Made by a program: the position numbers and the translations under genes. A stretch of 64,000 nucleotides of DNA from Candidatus Bathyarchaeota archaeon (GTDB lineage Archaea > Thermoproteota > Bathyarchaeia > Bathyarchaeales > Bathycorpusculaceae), in assembly GCA_963767735.1 (NCBI GenBank), contig CAVYES010000003.1, positions 1 through 64,000 of the forward strand, read 5' to 3'. Shown one piece after another: positions 27,636 through 37,338 of this stretch. Position 1 is the first letter of the stretch, and every line of letters starts with the position of its first letter. The notes beneath the pieces are model-generated. The model saw nothing but the letters and a program-made list of their open reading frames with translations, did no database searches and had not been told where the DNA came from.

Positions 27636-29492
27636 TTGCTCGGTTACGCAGGAAGAATTTTACGCGTTGACTTAACTACCGGCAAAACTCGCCTTGAAAA
27701 ACTAGACGAGGAAACTGCCAAAAAGTACATTGGTGGCATAGGCTTAGGCATGAAACTATGGCTGGCCAATTCAAAAGCAGGCGTTGACGCATTCAACCCT
27801 GACAATCCAATAGTTTTAGCGGTTGGTCCAATCGCAGGAACAATGTTTCCAACAGCAGGAAACGGACACGCATTCATATCAAAATCCCCAGCCACCCACG
27901 GCGTCGGGGAGGCAGTAAGCCACGGTACTTTTGGTGCAGAAATGAAAAGAGCTGGATACGACGCGGTTATTTTAACTGGAAAAGCTGAAAAGCCTGTTTA
28001 CCTATGGGTCGATGACGATTCAGTCCAGTTACTTGATGCCGAGCAAATTTGGGGCAAATCACCATCTGAAACCGAAGACGCAATCAAAGCTGAAATTGGC
28101 GATTACTACGTACGCGTAGCGTCCATAGGTTCAGCCGGCGAAAAATTATCAAAAATAGCAAGCATAATTAACGAGAAAACTCGTGCTGCGGGAAGAACAG
28201 GACTCGGCGCAGTTATGGGCTCCAAGAACCTTAAAGCAATCGCTGTCCGCGGAACCCGCGATATCGTTGTTGCCAAGCCAGAAGAATTCATTGAAATGGT
28301 GAAAGAATTCCATGAAAGAATGAAGGGACCTGCAGCTCAGAAATACCGAACTTTAGGGACAGCAGAAAACATCTTGATTCAAAACGCTTTGTTCTGCATG
28401 CCCACACGTAACTATAATAATGCTCATTTTGAGAACGCTGAAAAAGTAAGCGGAGAACACCTAAACGAGCGGTACATCGCAAAAATAATCGCTTGCAACT
28501 CATGCGCCATGCGATGCGAACACGAAGCTGTGGTTCATGAAGGCCCCTACAAGGGAACTATGGCGCGAATGGAATATGACAATATATGGGCGCTTGGTCC
28601 AAACTGCGGTGTCGATAGACTTGATGCAATAATAAAAGCCGCTGAAATCTGCAACTACTACGGCCTTGACGCTCAAAGCGCAGGTGTAACCGTAAGTTTC
28701 GCAATGGACTGCCATGAAAACGGCATCCTCACCCACGAGGATCTTGGCGGAATTGATGCACATTTTGGTAACGCAGAAGCGCTTATACAGCTCATAGAGA
28801 AAATCGGGAAACGGGAAGGAATCGGCGATGTCCTCGCTGACGGCGTAAAAGTAGCCGCAGAAAAAATCGGCAAAGGCTCAGATAAGCTTGCTCAAAACAT
28901 TAAAGGCTTAGAAGTTACAGGCTACGATTTACGATGCCTCAAAACTACCGCTTTAGGCTTTGCAGTTTCCTTCCGAGGAGCAGACCATAACCGAAGCGGC
29001 GCTTACACGTTTGACATGACAGGTAAAGTTAACCGTTTGAAAGCTGAAAAAGGTCGCGGTAAACTTGTCAAAGATTCAGAAGACGTTTACGCGTTGCTTG
29101 ATTCACTCATCGTCTGCAAGAATGCCAAAGGCACCTTATACAAGGAACTAGCTGACATGGCAAAACTCTACACTTTAGTAACGGGCTACGAGATGACGCC
29201 TGAAGAACTCAGCCTTGCCGGCCAAAGAATAAACACCCTTGCACGGCTAATTAACGTCAGAGAAGGATTCAGCCGTAAAGATGACACTTTGCCATGGAAA
29301 GTTATGAACCAGCCAATCCCAGACGATGGACCAGTAAAAGGCTCCGTGGTAACCCAAGAAGACCTTGACTTGTTGCTGGATGATTATTACCTATCACGAG
29401 GTTGGACAGCAGACGGCATACCTACAAAAGCTCAACTAGATAAACTGGGAATGGCGGAGTTATCCAACATAATAGAGGGAAAAGAGGCATAA
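27636..29492 (+). CDS. aor: Tungsten aldehyde:ferredoxin oxidoreductase family
   Basis: GYAGRILRVDL, AAGRTGLGAVMGSKNLKAI, CNSCAMRC, RGADH. Confidence 0.95.
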   Translation: MLGYAGRILRVDLTTGKTRLEKLDEETAKKYIGGIGLGMKLWLANSKAGVDAFNPDNPIVLAVGPIAGTMFPTAGNGHAFISKSPATHGVGEAVSHGTFGAEMKRAGYDAVILTGKAEKPVYLWVDDDSVQLLDAEQIWGKSPSETEDAIKAEIGDYYVRVASIGSAGEKLSKIASIINEKTRAAGRTGLGAVMGSKNLKAIAVRGTRDIVVAKPEEFIEMVKEFHERMKGPAAQKYRTLGTAENILIQNALFCMPTRNYNNAHFENAEKVSGEHLNERYIAKIIACNSCAMRCEHEAVVHEGPYKGTMARMEYDNIWALGPNCGVDRLDAIIKAAEICNYYGLDAQSAGVTVSFAMDCHENGILTHEDLGGIDAHFGNAEALIQLIEKIGKREGIGDVLADGVKVAAEKIGKGSDKLAQNIKGLEVTGYDLRCLKTTALGFAVSFRGADHNRSGAYTFDMTGKVNRLKAEKGRGKLVKDSEDVYALLDSLIVCKNAKGTLYKELADMAKLYTLVTGYEMTPEELSLAGQRINTLARLINVREGFSRKDDTLPWKVMNQPIPDDGPVKGSVVTQEDLDLLLDDYYLSRGWTADGIPTKAQLDKLGMAELSNIIEGKEA

Positions 29493-29497
29493 AAAAG

Positions 29498-30007
29498 ATG
29501 GTGAAGATTCACGACAGAAAATTTGTTTCCGTTGACCCCGAAAAATGCGTTGGATGCCAAATCTGCGAGTATGCTTGCTCATTCACCAAGGAGAAAGCTT
29601 TCAACCCGCTAAAGTCACGCATACGTGTTGTGCGTGTTAACCAGTTAGCCAACATGTCGGTTACATGCAGGCTCTGCGAAGATCCAGCTTGCGTAGCGAC
29701 TTGCCCAAGAGAGGCACTAACCCAAAACGAAGAAACAGGAACAATAAAAATTGACCCCGACAAATGCAACGGCTGCGGCTGGTGCATCGAAGCGTGCGAC
29801 TACGGAGCCATAATGCTTCATCCAGAAACCAAAGTAGTCTACGTTTGCGACCTGTGCAAAGAAAAAGCCGACGGACCACAATGCATCAAATGGTGCCCAG
29901 AAGAAGCATTAACATTAGTAACTAGTGACGTATTGGCGCAGAAAGCCCGAATCAGCGCAATCAAGAAACTCTTCCAAGAGCCAGGAAAGAAAGAAAACAA
30001 GCAGTAA
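29498..30007 (+). CDS. 4Fe-4S dicluster protein (AOR partner)
   Basis: Four Cys clusters: CVGCQICEYAC, CRLCEDPAC, CNGCGWCIEAC, CDLC. Confidence 0.95.
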   Translation: MVKIHDRKFVSVDPEKCVGCQICEYACSFTKEKAFNPLKSRIRVVRVNQLANMSVTCRLCEDPACVATCPREALTQNEETGTIKIDPDKCNGCGWCIEACDYGAIMLHPETKVVYVCDLCKEKADGPQCIKWCPEEALTLVTSDVLAQKARISAIKKLFQEPGKKENKQ

Positions 30008-30170
30008 AACAAGGGCAGGTCTTTACTCTTTTTTAATTCCTTATAAAATTTGTTTACATGTGGTTCTTCTCTGCGTGTGCCCTAAAGCCTGTTTAGCCAC
30101 CAATCAGCTGAAAGAATGCTGTATCATATATCTGGGGGGATGATTGAATTCCTCGCTGTTTTCTGTTCAG

Positions 30171-30290
30171 TTGTTTTGGGTTGCTTTTTTGAATCAAAGC
30201 TTGAATCGGTTGCAGGTTGAATCTAGAATAATCGGGAATAATCGCAATCAATCGGGAATGATCGTGTTTAATCGCAATTAATCGCGTGGA
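30171..30290 (+). repeat. Dispersed leader + 10-bp-period array, copy A
   Basis: TTGTTTTGGGTTGCTTTTTT..AAGCTTGAA..TTGCAGGTTG, then ATC at 30221, 30231...30281 (7 units). Confidence 0.85.
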
Positions 30291-30299
30291 GGATTAGAT

Positions 30300-30389
30300 G
30301 TGACGTTAACAGAAAAGGTCGGTTTCAGATCTACGTTAAGATGCGTTAGAGTTTTTGTTTCTAAACTTTATCGATGATATACAAATTAA
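30300..30389 (+). pseudogene. Relic of double-AbrB-like gene
   Basis: After GGAGG: VTLTEKVGFRSTLRCVRVFVSKLYR*, which aligns with MPLNRSVSFKTMLQ-QNRLQIPKLVRW at 49603. Confidence 0.55.
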
Positions 30390-30428
30390 CTGGAAAATTG
30401 AGGGAACCTTGTTTGAACACTAATTAAG

Positions 30429-31034
30429 TTATGTTTTAGGCGGTGGCGGAGGTTCTTGCTCATTATAGTTTATTTTCTTTTTCCCATATTGATTCATAAA
30501 TAACGCTATAGCTGCAACAATCAACGCTACTACGCTAATGCCTAAGGCTGCGTAATCTGAGTCATTGCTCGCTGATTTACCTGTCGCTCCGGTTGCTCCT
30601 GTCGTTCCTGTTGCACCTGTTGCTCCTGTCGCTCCGGTTGCTCCTGTCGTTCCTGTTGCACCTGTTGCGCCAGTTGCTCCCGTTAAGTTTGGAACCGCAT
30701 ACTGAATTGATTGCGTTACGCTCGTCGCTCCTGAAGTTGTCGCCGTCAGGTTGTATGTTCCGCCCGCGATGCTTGTGGGCACTATCACGGTTGCGGAAAA
30801 GTTTCCTATGAGATTTGTTGTTATGGGAACTGTGAAAGCGTAAACTACGGTGCTTCCATTCATCAATTCCAGAGTGACGCTTGCCGTGGCGTTAAAGCCA
30901 GTGCCTGTTACAACGAATATGTTGCTCATGTTTGGCGTTGCCGTGAGCGTTGCCGATGCCCCTCCAACCATTATAACAACTACCAATAGCGAAAGAAATG
31001 TCATTGAGACAGTTGCTTTAACGATTTTATTCAA
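30429..31034 (-). CDS. Membrane-anchored collagen-like protein
   Basis: Signal peptide, Ig-like Thr-rich domain, 12 Gly-X-Y triplets (GAT/GTT; a 45-bp duplication at 30580/30625), TM helix, Pro-rich tail. Confidence 0.85.
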   Translation of the reverse strand: MNKIVKATVSMTFLSLLVVVIMVGGASATLTATPNMSNIFVVTGTGFNATASVTLELMNGSTVVYAFTVPITTNLIGNFSATVIVPTSIAGGTYNLTATTSGATSVTQSIQYAVPNLTGATGATGATGTTGATGATGATGATGTTGATGATGKSASNDSDYAALGISVVALIVAAIALFMNQYGKKKINYNEQEPPPPPKT

Positions 31035-31239
31035 CTTTTTTCACTCCAAAGAATTTACTATATAAATTAGTTTGTTTATAAAATTTCCCACAGTAGCAGG
31101 CAACCGCTTCATTCCAAAAAACTTTTTTGCGCGCTCGACCTGCGGTCTTCTGGTTTAGCCATGTTTGCAGGTTAGTGGTGGTGTTGGTGTGGTTGCGCAG
31201 TCACATACTCTTAAGAACCAAGGTTTGTCCTAGGCAAAT

Positions 31240-33606
31240 TTGAGGGTAGGGCTGAATTGCAAGCTCAGATTGGTTGAGACTATGGGTAAGAAATGGAATT
31301 TTAGTCAATCACGGCGAAGCGTCAAGTCCGAGACTGACAAATCGGAAAATCTTAGCTCTGAGGAAAAATCTCTGGCTTTGATGGTGCCTGATAAAGCCGT
31401 GATGGAACTTCGCAGCGAAGAGTTGAAACGAAGAGAATTCTTGAAGTTATCTGCTATGATAGCGGGTGGAGGTTTAGCCGCAATTGTTTTGGAAAGCTCC
31501 CTAAAGTCCCTGAATTTGATACCGAACGTTGCAGGTCAGCTTTTTGTGGTACCAAAAAAAGAAGGCTTGGAAATGGCGTTGGTTGAGCCCATTCAGGTTT
31601 CCGCGCCTGCAATTTTAGATCCGTTGAGTATCCCAATGTTTCAAAACCAGTTAACTGGTCCGCCGCCTGTTTATGCGCCCAAAGTAGTAACTAGCCAAGG
31701 CAAGGTGATTCGACACGAATACACGGTAGCTATGGCCAGTTTTACGCAGCAAATCCTTCCTCCATCGATGAATCTGCTTACCACCGCATGGGGTTACGGC
31801 GGCGCAGCAAATGACGCAATAACTGGAGCATCTTTAGGTTTTGTTCAAAGCAGCCCCGGACCCACCTTTGAAGCCGTCAGAGGCATACCCGTTCAGGTGG
31901 AATGGCAAAACAACATTTCCTCGCCCTACATGTTTGCAGTCGATCCAACCATTCACTGGGCTAACCCAAACAATAATCCAATGTTCACCTCTCCATTTCC
32001 GGCGTACCCGCCCGGTTATCCAAATGCTCAGAGCCCCATTCCCCTCGTTACCCATCTTCATGGCGGTCAAAACCAGTCTTTCTCGGATGGAGGCCCAGAC
32101 GGATGGTTTACCTCTGACGGGCAGCATGGACCCGCATACAGCACCTACGCAAAGACCGCCTCAAACGCCGCAGTCTACTATTATCCTAATACGCAGCAAC
32201 CTACCACACTTTGGTACCACGATCATGCCTTGGGTCTTACACGTCTTAATGTAATGTCAGGGCTCGCCGGTTTCTATCTCATTAGGGAAACTGCTGGAAA
32301 TGATAAGGTTGCCTCTCTGCTGCCGACTGGGAAATACGAGATGCCGCTTGTGATCCAAGATAGAACGTTCAACACTGATGGCTCACTTAGCTATCCGTCT
32401 GTCGGAACGGACTCCAATACCCACCCCTACTGGGTCAACACGTTCTTGGGAACCGCAATAATGGTCAATGGCAAAGTCTGGCCTAACATAAACGTTGACA
32501 AGGGGCAGTATCGATTCAGGATCTTAAATGGGTCAAATTCCAGGTTTTACACCATAAACTTCTCAAACGGAATGTCTTTCATCCAGATCGGAAGCGACGG
32601 CGGCTACCTTAAAACGCCCGTTAAACTCACCTCCTTACTTATTTCACCTGCTGAACGCGTTGACATAATAGTGGACTTCTCGGGCCTGTCAACGGGAGAA
32701 AAAGTGATTCTTCAAAACAGTGCTCTCACTTCAAACACCGCCGAGGAAAAACAAACGTTGGGCCAAATAATGGCGTTCACCGCCACCAGCCAAACGGGGT
32801 CTACGCCTTTCAACCTTGCCCAGGCGCCAACACCTTTTAATCCCACACTTGCAGCCGCCGGTTTCCCCACCCTGCCAAAAGCAACAAAACAGAGAATTCT
32901 CACCCTGTTCGAGGTCTCACAAAACGGCATAATGGTCGAAGCGTTACTTGACGGGCAAACTTGGAGCGCGCCGATCTCTGAAAAGCCTATGCTGGGAACA
33001 ACCGAAGACTGGGTAATCGTTAACCCAACGATGGATCCGCATCCAATTCATCTTCACCTGATTCAATTCCAGCTGGTTCAAAGAGAAGCCTTCGGCACGG
33101 AAGCGTACAATCAAGATTGGCTAACCCTCAACGGGGAACCTCCGTTTAATCACCCAACAATTAATGTTCCCAACCTTAACAGTTACCTCTCAAACCTGGT
33201 GGTGCCGCCTCAACCGTACGAGCAAGGCTGGAAAGACACAATCATAGTAAACTCTGGCGAAGTCGTGACACTGCGAGTTCGGTTCGCGCAACAAGACGGC
33301 TCCAGCTTCTCATTTGATGCAACAGCTGGACCAGGATACGTGTGGCACTGCCACCTGCTTGAACACGAAGACAACGATATGATGCGTCCCTACAAGATCA
33401 CCCAAAAAGCCTCTTTAGCGTTACCCTTGACCGTTTCTGCAGTCGCGGCAGCATCTGCCGTTGCCTTGGCGGGTTATTCTTATCAACGATGGAGAAAGAA
33501 AGGACCGCAAGCAAGCGAGTCAACCGATAAGCTGAATTTTTTGGGGGAACAGAGCGAAACGCAGCGCGCTTGGCTGAATGCACAAAAAACGGTTTCACCA
33601 GATTAA
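31240..33606 (+). CDS. Multicopper oxidase (CotA/bilirubin oxidase-like), Tat signal, C-terminal anchor
   Basis: KRREFLK; HLHG, WYHDH, HPIHLH, HCHLLEHEDNDM. True start probably near 31381-31402. Confidence 0.93.
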   Translation: MRVGLNCKLRLVETMGKKWNFSQSRRSVKSETDKSENLSSEEKSLALMVPDKAVMELRSEELKRREFLKLSAMIAGGGLAAIVLESSLKSLNLIPNVAGQLFVVPKKEGLEMALVEPIQVSAPAILDPLSIPMFQNQLTGPPPVYAPKVVTSQGKVIRHEYTVAMASFTQQILPPSMNLLTTAWGYGGAANDAITGASLGFVQSSPGPTFEAVRGIPVQVEWQNNISSPYMFAVDPTIHWANPNNNPMFTSPFPAYPPGYPNAQSPIPLVTHLHGGQNQSFSDGGPDGWFTSDGQHGPAYSTYAKTASNAAVYYYPNTQQPTTLWYHDHALGLTRLNVMSGLAGFYLIRETAGNDKVASLLPTGKYEMPLVIQDRTFNTDGSLSYPSVGTDSNTHPYWVNTFLGTAIMVNGKVWPNINVDKGQYRFRILNGSNSRFYTINFSNGMSFIQIGSDGGYLKTPVKLTSLLISPAERVDIIVDFSGLSTGEKVILQNSALTSNTAEEKQTLGQIMAFTATSQTGSTPFNLAQAPTPFNPTLAAAGFPTLPKATKQRILTLFEVSQNGIMVEALLDGQTWSAPISEKPMLGTTEDWVIVNPTMDPHPIHLHLIQFQLVQREAFGTEAYNQDWLTLNGEPPFNHPTINVPNLNSYLSNLVVPPQPYEQGWKDTIIVNSGEVVTLRVRFAQQDGSSFSFDATAGPGYVWHCHLLEHEDNDMMRPYKITQKASLALPLTVSAVAAASAVALAGYSYQRWRKKGPQASESTDKLNFLGEQSETQRAWLNAQKTVSPD

Positions 33607-33623
33607 TTGAGGAATAACACTGC

Positions 33624-34487
33624 TTAATGGTTTGGCAGGGTTTTTCTTTGGAGAAGCGTATTCACCGAGTCGATGAGGGCCTCGCAAGCAAACCACCTCT
33701 CTTCCAGGGAGCTATCGGTCTCCAGGTTCTCAGTTTTTTTCTGACAATCTTTTACCTGCTCGATGACTGGCTTCCTCTTGTTTTCGTACTCGTCTCGAAG
33801 CCTTTCTTTTGCTTCTGTAAACTCCAGCATGGCTAGTTCAAGCTCATTTTGCTTAATGTTTAGTTTCTGAATTGCCTCTGCTTCTTTCCGCTCCCTCTCT
33901 TTCTTCGAGATGCCTCTGAAAAAGCCCGCTTTAATCCGAACTATACTATCCAGGTCTCCTCTGAGATCATCAATATTTCTATACAGACGCCTTATCTCAC
34001 TTCTTTTTCTTGCAGCGATTTGACTTGCTTTAGTAGCATATTCCTGCTTAACTTGTTCAAGGTGGTTTTTGCTGTTAAATAGGCTTCTGACAGCCTCCTC
34101 AAGAGCAGTCTCTTTACGGCGTCTTCTCTCAAGCTCAGACTCGATATTTGAGATTATTTGCACCCGCTCCTCTATGAATTGGTCATCTGCCCCCACGTTT
34201 GGGTTTAACTCAAACTCAGACAGAGTATCTTTCAGGTTAACAAGCCAACGGTCAAAGTGCTCTCTGAACGGGGAAGAACCAAATCGCTGGTTGCCCAAAA
34301 TATGCAGTCGCTTAAGCGTTTTGTCCGTAACCTCTTTCAAAGATGCAACCTGCTTCTCCTCCACCTTGGAGTTAACGAGCAACCTATACTTCCTACCTCT
34401 ACCTTTCCGCTTGTCATATGGCAGCTTCCTAGACCCTCTGCCGGAGGTTCGATGAGATTTTTTCGGCGGTAGATATCCCATGGACAA
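33624..34487 (-). CDS. Hypothetical coiled-coil protein
   Basis: Basic N-terminus and long E/K/R helical heptads. Confidence 0.7.
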   Translation of the reverse strand: MSMGYLPPKKSHRTSGRGSRKLPYDKRKGRGRKYRLLVNSKVEEKQVASLKEVTDKTLKRLHILGNQRFGSSPFREHFDRWLVNLKDTLSEFELNPNVGADDQFIEERVQIISNIESELERRRRKETALEEAVRSLFNSKNHLEQVKQEYATKASQIAARKRSEIRRLYRNIDDLRGDLDSIVRIKAGFFRGISKKERERKEAEAIQKLNIKQNELELAMLEFTEAKERLRDEYENKRKPVIEQVKDCQKKTENLETDSSLEERWFACEALIDSVNTLLQRKTLPNH

Positions 34488-34558
34488 AATCTATTATGCT
34501 TGAAGTATTTAAGAAGAAATCTTGTTTGCGCAAATTAAGGCTTTCTTAGTTTGCTGCA

Positions 34559-35548
34559 TTATTGTGTTCGCTTAATAAGCCAGCTAATGATCGCGTTTTC
34601 TGCTTCTTGATCGAGGTGCCGGTCTTGTGCGTTGTAGCGGAGAAGAAGATCACTTGTGAGTTTTTCTCTGGGTTTTTCTTCATATTTCAACACGTGATCA
34701 GCGTTCTCGGGATAGACAAAAGACACGGAGCTTTCTTTGGCGGTAACTTTTTCCAGAGGTTCGCCGTCAGATAGCCAGTTGACCTGGATGTCTTTTTTGC
34801 CGATTACGACCAGTATTGGCTCTTTAACCTTGGCGATATATTCTGAGAGATCATAGGTCCAAAGCTCCCGAGAAAAAGGCAAGTTAGCTGGATTTGCCAG
34901 CGACAGCAGCAGTTGCTTTATGCCTTCGGGAAGAGACGAATCAGGCACTACCGGTTTATCCATCAGGAACACTGCGATAGCGTCGTCATAGAGTTTCATG
35001 ATGGTTTCTGCGTTGGGCAGAGCCTTAATCTGATTGTAGATTTGACTGCGCGCTACTTGACCGATTGATCGCCCTGGCGCCCCAGTTAACACCATCCCCT
35101 GGAATTTTATTTTTGCCTGCAATTGATAGTTTAACGCGTGGATGGCGCCTTCACTGCTGGTGAGCACGAAAAGATTGTTTTGCTCTGCATATTTTCCTGC
35201 GATTAGGGTTTCTACTGCGCCTGATAATTCGTTTACGTGGCTTTGCATGCTGATTCTGCCGATTATTTTAGGAATGTTTTCTTGAACATGCGGTCCAGAG
35301 GCGCGTTTATCGTAACGTAAGGTTAAAAATCCTTGACTTGCAAGTGCTTCAGCCAACAACTTGCCGCTGCAGTTTTCTCCAGGCAATAGGGGTGAGCACC
35401 AGTTACGGTCGGTTGGACCGCTACCTGCCACAAAAACTACCGCAGAACGGGTAGCTTCATCTTTTGGACGCGTAATGGTTCCGTACACAGAAATTTCATC
35501 AACTTTCCATTCAACTTCTTCATTTACGAAATCGCGTTTTTCCATCAT
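34559..35548 (-). CDS. Alpha/beta fold hydrolase
   Basis: AGSGPTDRN, RYDKR, TSSEG nucleophile elbow, GKKDIQV, ADHVLK. Confidence 0.88.
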   Translation of the reverse strand: MMEKRDFVNEEVEWKVDEISVYGTITRPKDEATRSAVVFVAGSGPTDRNWCSPLLPGENCSGKLLAEALASQGFLTLRYDKRASGPHVQENIPKIIGRISMQSHVNELSGAVETLIAGKYAEQNNLFVLTSSEGAIHALNYQLQAKIKFQGMVLTGAPGRSIGQVARSQIYNQIKALPNAETIMKLYDDAIAVFLMDKPVVPDSSLPEGIKQLLLSLANPANLPFSRELWTYDLSEYIAKVKEPILVVIGKKDIQVNWLSDGEPLEKVTAKESSVSFVYPENADHVLKYEEKPREKLTSDLLLRYNAQDRHLDQEAENAIISWLIKRTQ

Positions 35549-35674
35549 TTTATTTCACTTCACGACTGGTTGCTTCAATAATAGGCTTTATACTGGTAGA
35601 TTTAAGTATACGTAAAAATTTATGGTTTTCAATATTTTTAGGGACATTCCATTGGTGGTGTTTAAGTCAATTTA

Positions 35675-35914
35675 TTATCGAAATTCTTTTTCAGCGATGT
35701 CGAGTTGTTTTTCCAGCCTTTCTCTGTATTTGTCAACTTGATTTTCTTTAAGGTCATCATCTTGGCTCGCATTAAAAAACTTCAATAGTTCCTTGTCGCT
35801 TAGCTTTACCAGGTTTTCGACAAGTTTATCGATGAGCTTGCGGATTTCTAAGAGCTCCGAGGCAATGACCTTCAGGTCTCTCTTATCCTGCTCTGTCAAG
35901 ACTGTTTTAACCAA
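35675..35914 (-). CDS. Orphan paralog of the RelE-associated antitoxin
   Basis: MVKTVLTEQDKRDLKVIASEL vs MVETVFTDEDKKNLKVIAEEL at 36836..37066. Confidence 0.65.
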   Translation of the reverse strand: MVKTVLTEQDKRDLKVIASELLEIRKLIDKLVENLVKLSDKELLKFFNASQDDDLKENQVDKYRERLEKQLDIAEKEFR

Positions 35915-35990
35915 CTAAGCCACCAAGTGAACAATTACCTTTTACAAGGGTTGGCTTACTAAAATTTTCCTATAAAAAATTGTAGATTAT

Positions 35991-36046
35991 TGGTGCTGAG
36001 GGTTCGCAGGAGCTGGAACCTGCGAACCCCTGCGGAAAAAGGATTT
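35991..36046 (-). pseudogene. Degenerate copy of tRNA-Leu 3' exon (att-like)
   Basis: TGGTGCTGAGGG..GAACCTGCGAACCCCTGCGG.AAAGGATTT matches 37145..37194. Confidence 0.8.
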
Positions 36047-36068
36047 GGCTGGTTTATAAAAAACTTAG

Positions 36069-36598
36069 CAGAATACCTGCCGCGTTAGCGGCAGGATGTA
36101 TGCGTCCAACCCGCAGTTCTATTAGCCGTTCAAGCCGATAGGTCTGTCACCATTGGATAAGGAGGTGATAGACCTGGAGAAAGCAAGATCGTGTGCTTAC
36201 CAAGCTAACTACCACCTTATCTGGGCCACCAAATACCGGCGCAAGGTACTTTCTAGGCTCAGTTGAGGTTAGATTGGAGGAAGTACTTAAAACGATTGCT
36301 ACTATACACGGCTTCCAACTGCTGGCTGCCAAAGTTCATCATGGCGACCATATTCACGTGTTTGTTTCAGCTCGGCCAAAGCTATGTATACCTGAGATGG
36401 TGCGTGTCTTGAAGTGTAATTCTGCTAAATTGCTGTTTGAGGAGTTTCCTGAGATTAGGTTGCAGCTTTGGGGTGGGCATTTGTGGTCTGAGGGCTATGC
36501 TGTAAGAACTGCAGGCGTTGTTACTAGTGCGAAAATAGAGGAATATATCAACAAAAATTAGATGTGGATGCTCGCCTCGGAAGAGGCGAGTAGTTCAC
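36069..36598 (+). mobile_element. IS200-type insertion sequence (tnpA only)
   Basis: Left hairpin CCTGCCGC-GTTA-GCGGCAGG after TTAG; right hairpin CTCGCCTC-GGAA-GAGGCGAG ending TTCAC; encloses a Y1 transposase. Confidence 0.85.
36174..36561 (+). CDS. tnpA: IS200/IS605 Y1 HUH transposase, with a +1 frameshift near 36251
   Basis: YHLIWATKYRRKVL in one frame; DHIH, LWSEGY and EEYI in the other. Confidence 0.88.
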
Positions 36599-36852
36599 TT
36601 ATCGTAGACTTTTTTGCGGTGACCAATAGTTCGGATAACAATCGTCTGTTCGGACACTTGGTAGATTATTCTGTAATCACCGACTCGAAAGGACTTAAGC
36701 TCGCTTAAACGCCCTACCAACTGTTTACTGGCAAAGGGTTTTTCTTTTAGAATTTTCAATTCTCTTAAAATTCTAATCTGCGTTTGCCTATCAAGACGCT
36801 TAAGCCTCTTTAGGAACTCTCTGGTGAATGTGAGTTCAAAGTTCTTTTTCAT
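36595..36852 (-). CDS. relE: RelE/ParE family toxin
   Basis: LKRLDRQTQIRI, FRVGDYRIIY, IGHRKKVY. Confidence 0.9.
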   Translation of the reverse strand: MKKNFELTFTREFLKRLKRLDRQTQIRILRELKILKEKPFASKQLVGRLSELKSFRVGDYRIIYQVSEQTIVIRTIGHRKKVYDK

Positions 36853-37066
36853 CGATGCTCAGTTCATCCAGCATTTCTTTGTAGGTAAGCACTTTGTTTT
36901 CTTTGAGGTCTTTAAGGCTTCTATCAATGCTCTTCATCAGTTTCTCGTCGCTTAGAACCTCTAAAGTTTCCATAAGTTCCTCAACGACTATGCGGAGTTT
37001 TGGTAGCTCCTCAGCTATGACTTTAAGGTTTTTCTTGTCTTCGTCGGTAAAAACAGTTTCAACCAA
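36836..37066 (-). CDS. Putative antitoxin of RelE
   Basis: Acidic 76 aa (ETLEVLSDEKLMKSI..LTYKEM); overlaps the relE start. Confidence 0.75.
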   Translation of the reverse strand: MVETVFTDEDKKNLKVIAEELPKLRIVVEELMETLEVLSDEKLMKSIDRSLKDLKENKVLTYKEMLDELSIDEKEL

Positions 37067-37144
37067 CCTTAGTCACCCATGTTATATCCTTATTTACAAG
37101 CGTTATGCAGTATTAAAATTTCCCTAAAAAATTTTAAAATTTGT

Positions 37145-37269
37145 TGGTGCTGAGGGCAGGATTCGAACCTGCGAACCCCTGCGGGAAAGGATTTCCCATC
37201 ATGAGCCCATTTCAGGCCAAATGTTTGATCTTGAGTCCTTCACCTTTGACCTGGCTTGGTTACCTCAGC
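37145..37269 (-). tRNA. tRNA-Leu(CAA) with 37-nt intron (37193..37229) and encoded CCA
   Basis: Acceptor stem GCTGAGG/CCTCAGC; long variable arm; canonical bulge-helix-bulge GGA-CUCA-AGA-UCA / UGA-UGGG-AAA-UCC at position 37/38. Confidence 0.95.
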
Positions 37270-37338
37270 ACACTTTTTTGGGCAACAGACTTTCCTTTTG
37301 CTTTCTTATTAATCATTTCCCCCTTAAAATATCACAAC

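Noticed and set aside
31150-31180. GGTTTAG..GTTTGCAGGTT as another leader copy
   Set aside because: Short partial match only, without the TTTTGGG part or a periodic array.
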